In this document: positions 23,266-24,462 of the stretch, in pieces
Layout of the letters: each line of letters opens with the position of its first letter
Position numbering within the stretch: position 1 is the first letter of the stretch
DNA from: a virus
Taxonomy: Duplodnaviria > Caudoviricetes
Length of the DNA: 24,462 nucleotides
Virus record (IMG/VR): IMGVR_UViG_3300005573_000268
Location: 1 to 24,462 of that record
Direction: 5' to 3' (one strand)
Notes under the pieces: model-generated
What the model was told of the DNA's origin: nothing
The model's database searches: none
What the model saw: the letters and a program-made list of their open reading frames with translations, nothing else
Translations under genes and position numbers: made by a program

Positions 23266-24378
23266 GTGGCGAGCCCGCTCTTCGCAGACAACGCATCCAC
23301 CACCGTCTCTAGTGGCGGGACGACCGCGCCTGCTGCCGGGACAGTCGAGTCGTGGGTCGTAGCCTCGACGGCTACTTTCCCGGCGGCGATCGCGGGTCGG
23401 ATGAGCTTTCGCATCCAAGACCCCGCTGCGCCATCGGAGATCATGGAGGTGACGAGCAACACCGACGTCACCCTCACCTCAGCCCTCACGGCCGCCGGAG
23501 CCCCTACCTACACGGCCCTTCCGGTGACAGCCACTCCGGGTGCGGTGGGGCTGGACGACGTTCTCACCATCCAGCCCGCACAGGGCTCGGGGCTTTTCCC
23601 GACCTCGTGCACTGCATCTGCCGCCACAGCCAGCGGGGCCACATCGATCCCGGTGACGGGGTTCACGCCGTTCCCGGACACGACCGGGGCCAACTCCTAC
23701 GCCATCGGCACGCTGGTCATCGACGAGACGAACCCAGCGGCGTTGTGCCAGACCACATGGACGGTGGTGCGCGGGGTCGATGGGACGACCCCGGTGGCCC
23801 ACGCGACCGGGTTCACCGTCGAGGGGGTCCTTTCTGCCACTCCTCTCACCGACCTGCTCCAGATGGCTGGGTTCTACCTCCCGTGCCTGACTACTAATCC
23901 GGTCGGGCAGCTTGCTCCTCTTTCCAGCCAGTCCCTGAACGGCCGTCAGGTACTTGCTCGCCTGTACGGCCCGGCGGCGGATGTCTCCAAGGTGCAGCTC
24001 AACGTGGCCACCACTTCAACGGGGTCCATCGATGTAGGCGTCTACCAGGGCCACGGGATCGGAGTGGGAGATGGACAGTGCGCCCCAGGGAAACTGATGG
24101 TGCACACCGGGAACATCTCCGTGCCGGCTGCTGGACTCGCCACCATTTCGCTCGGGTCTATGGTGCGCGTGCGTCCTGGCGACTGGTTCTCCATCGCGTG
24201 CACCGATAACACGGCTTCGTTCACGTCAATGACGACCACCGCCTCCTACCCGTTGCAGTTCGGAACCGGGCAACTGTATGGCGCGAGTTCCCCCAACCTC
24301 CCCGTTGCTCCCCCACTGCAGCCATACGTCCAGGTGCAAGCCGACGACCAGGGAACGCCATGGGCGGTGCTGATATGA
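23266..24378 (+). CDS. tail fibre/receptor-binding protein
   Basis: N-terminal FADNASTTV and EIMEVT...WTVVRGVDGTTPVAH anchor motifs, with a beta-rich C-terminal domain. Confidence 0.7.
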   Translation: MASPLFADNASTTVSSGGTTAPAAGTVESWVVASTATFPAAIAGRMSFRIQDPAAPSEIMEVTSNTDVTLTSALTAAGAPTYTALPVTATPGAVGLDDVLTIQPAQGSGLFPTSCTASAATASGATSIPVTGFTPFPDTTGANSYAIGTLVIDETNPAALCQTTWTVVRGVDGTTPVAHATGFTVEGVLSATPLTDLLQMAGFYLPCLTTNPVGQLAPLSSQSLNGRQVLARLYGPAADVSKVQLNVATTSTGSIDVGVYQGHGIGVGDGQCAPGKLMVHTGNISVPAAGLATISLGSMVRVRPGDWFSIACTDNTASFTSMTTTASYPLQFGTGQLYGASSPNLPVAPPLQPYVQVQADDQGTPWAVLI

Positions 24379-24462
24379 GCACGACGAACACGATCACGTT
24401 GCCGGACCGGATCATCACGCAGACCGGCGAGCCGGCATGGGACAACCCCACCGCATGGTCCT
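24375..24462 (+). CDS. hypothetical protein, 5' fragment (MSTTNTITLPDRIITQTGEPAWDNPTAWS...)
   Basis: ATGA overlap with the upstream gene. Open to the window end. Confidence 0.6.
   Translation, partial: MSTTNTITLPDRIITQTGEPAWDNPTAWS

Noticed and set aside
23266-24462. Diversity-generating retroelement target in the tail fibre
   Set aside because: No reverse transcriptase and no template/variable repeat pair is visible in this window.

Overview
High-GC siphovirus-type phage or prophage segment, probably with an actinobacterial host. At the left end is a short leftward operon (probably leaderless) ending in a truncated AlpA/excisionase-like HTH gene. It is followed by about 700 bp of repeat- and hairpin-rich non-coding DNA. 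The rest is a nearly continuous rightward late region: small genes, terminase small and large subunits, portal, MuF-like protein, scaffold, major capsid, head-tail connectors, major tail protein, tail chaperone with a -1 frameshift, tape measure, minor tail proteins, lysis and membrane genes (DUF1906 endolysin), a permuted NlpC/P60 enzyme, a FliA/WhiG-like sigma factor and tail-fibre genes. Four observations stand out. (1) An exactly spaced motif, GTGCCCGCWT-N18-YACSGT, occurs four times, each time at the head of a late module, and the phage carries its own sigma factor. (2) A degenerate tRNA-like element lies antisense between the MuF and scaffold genes. (3) The tape measure gene appears to start at ATA. 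(4) The structured non-coding region upstream of the packaging genes holds three GCGAAGC mini-hairpins and GAAGGCTC repeats. All family assignments come from motif recognition by eye, not from database searches.
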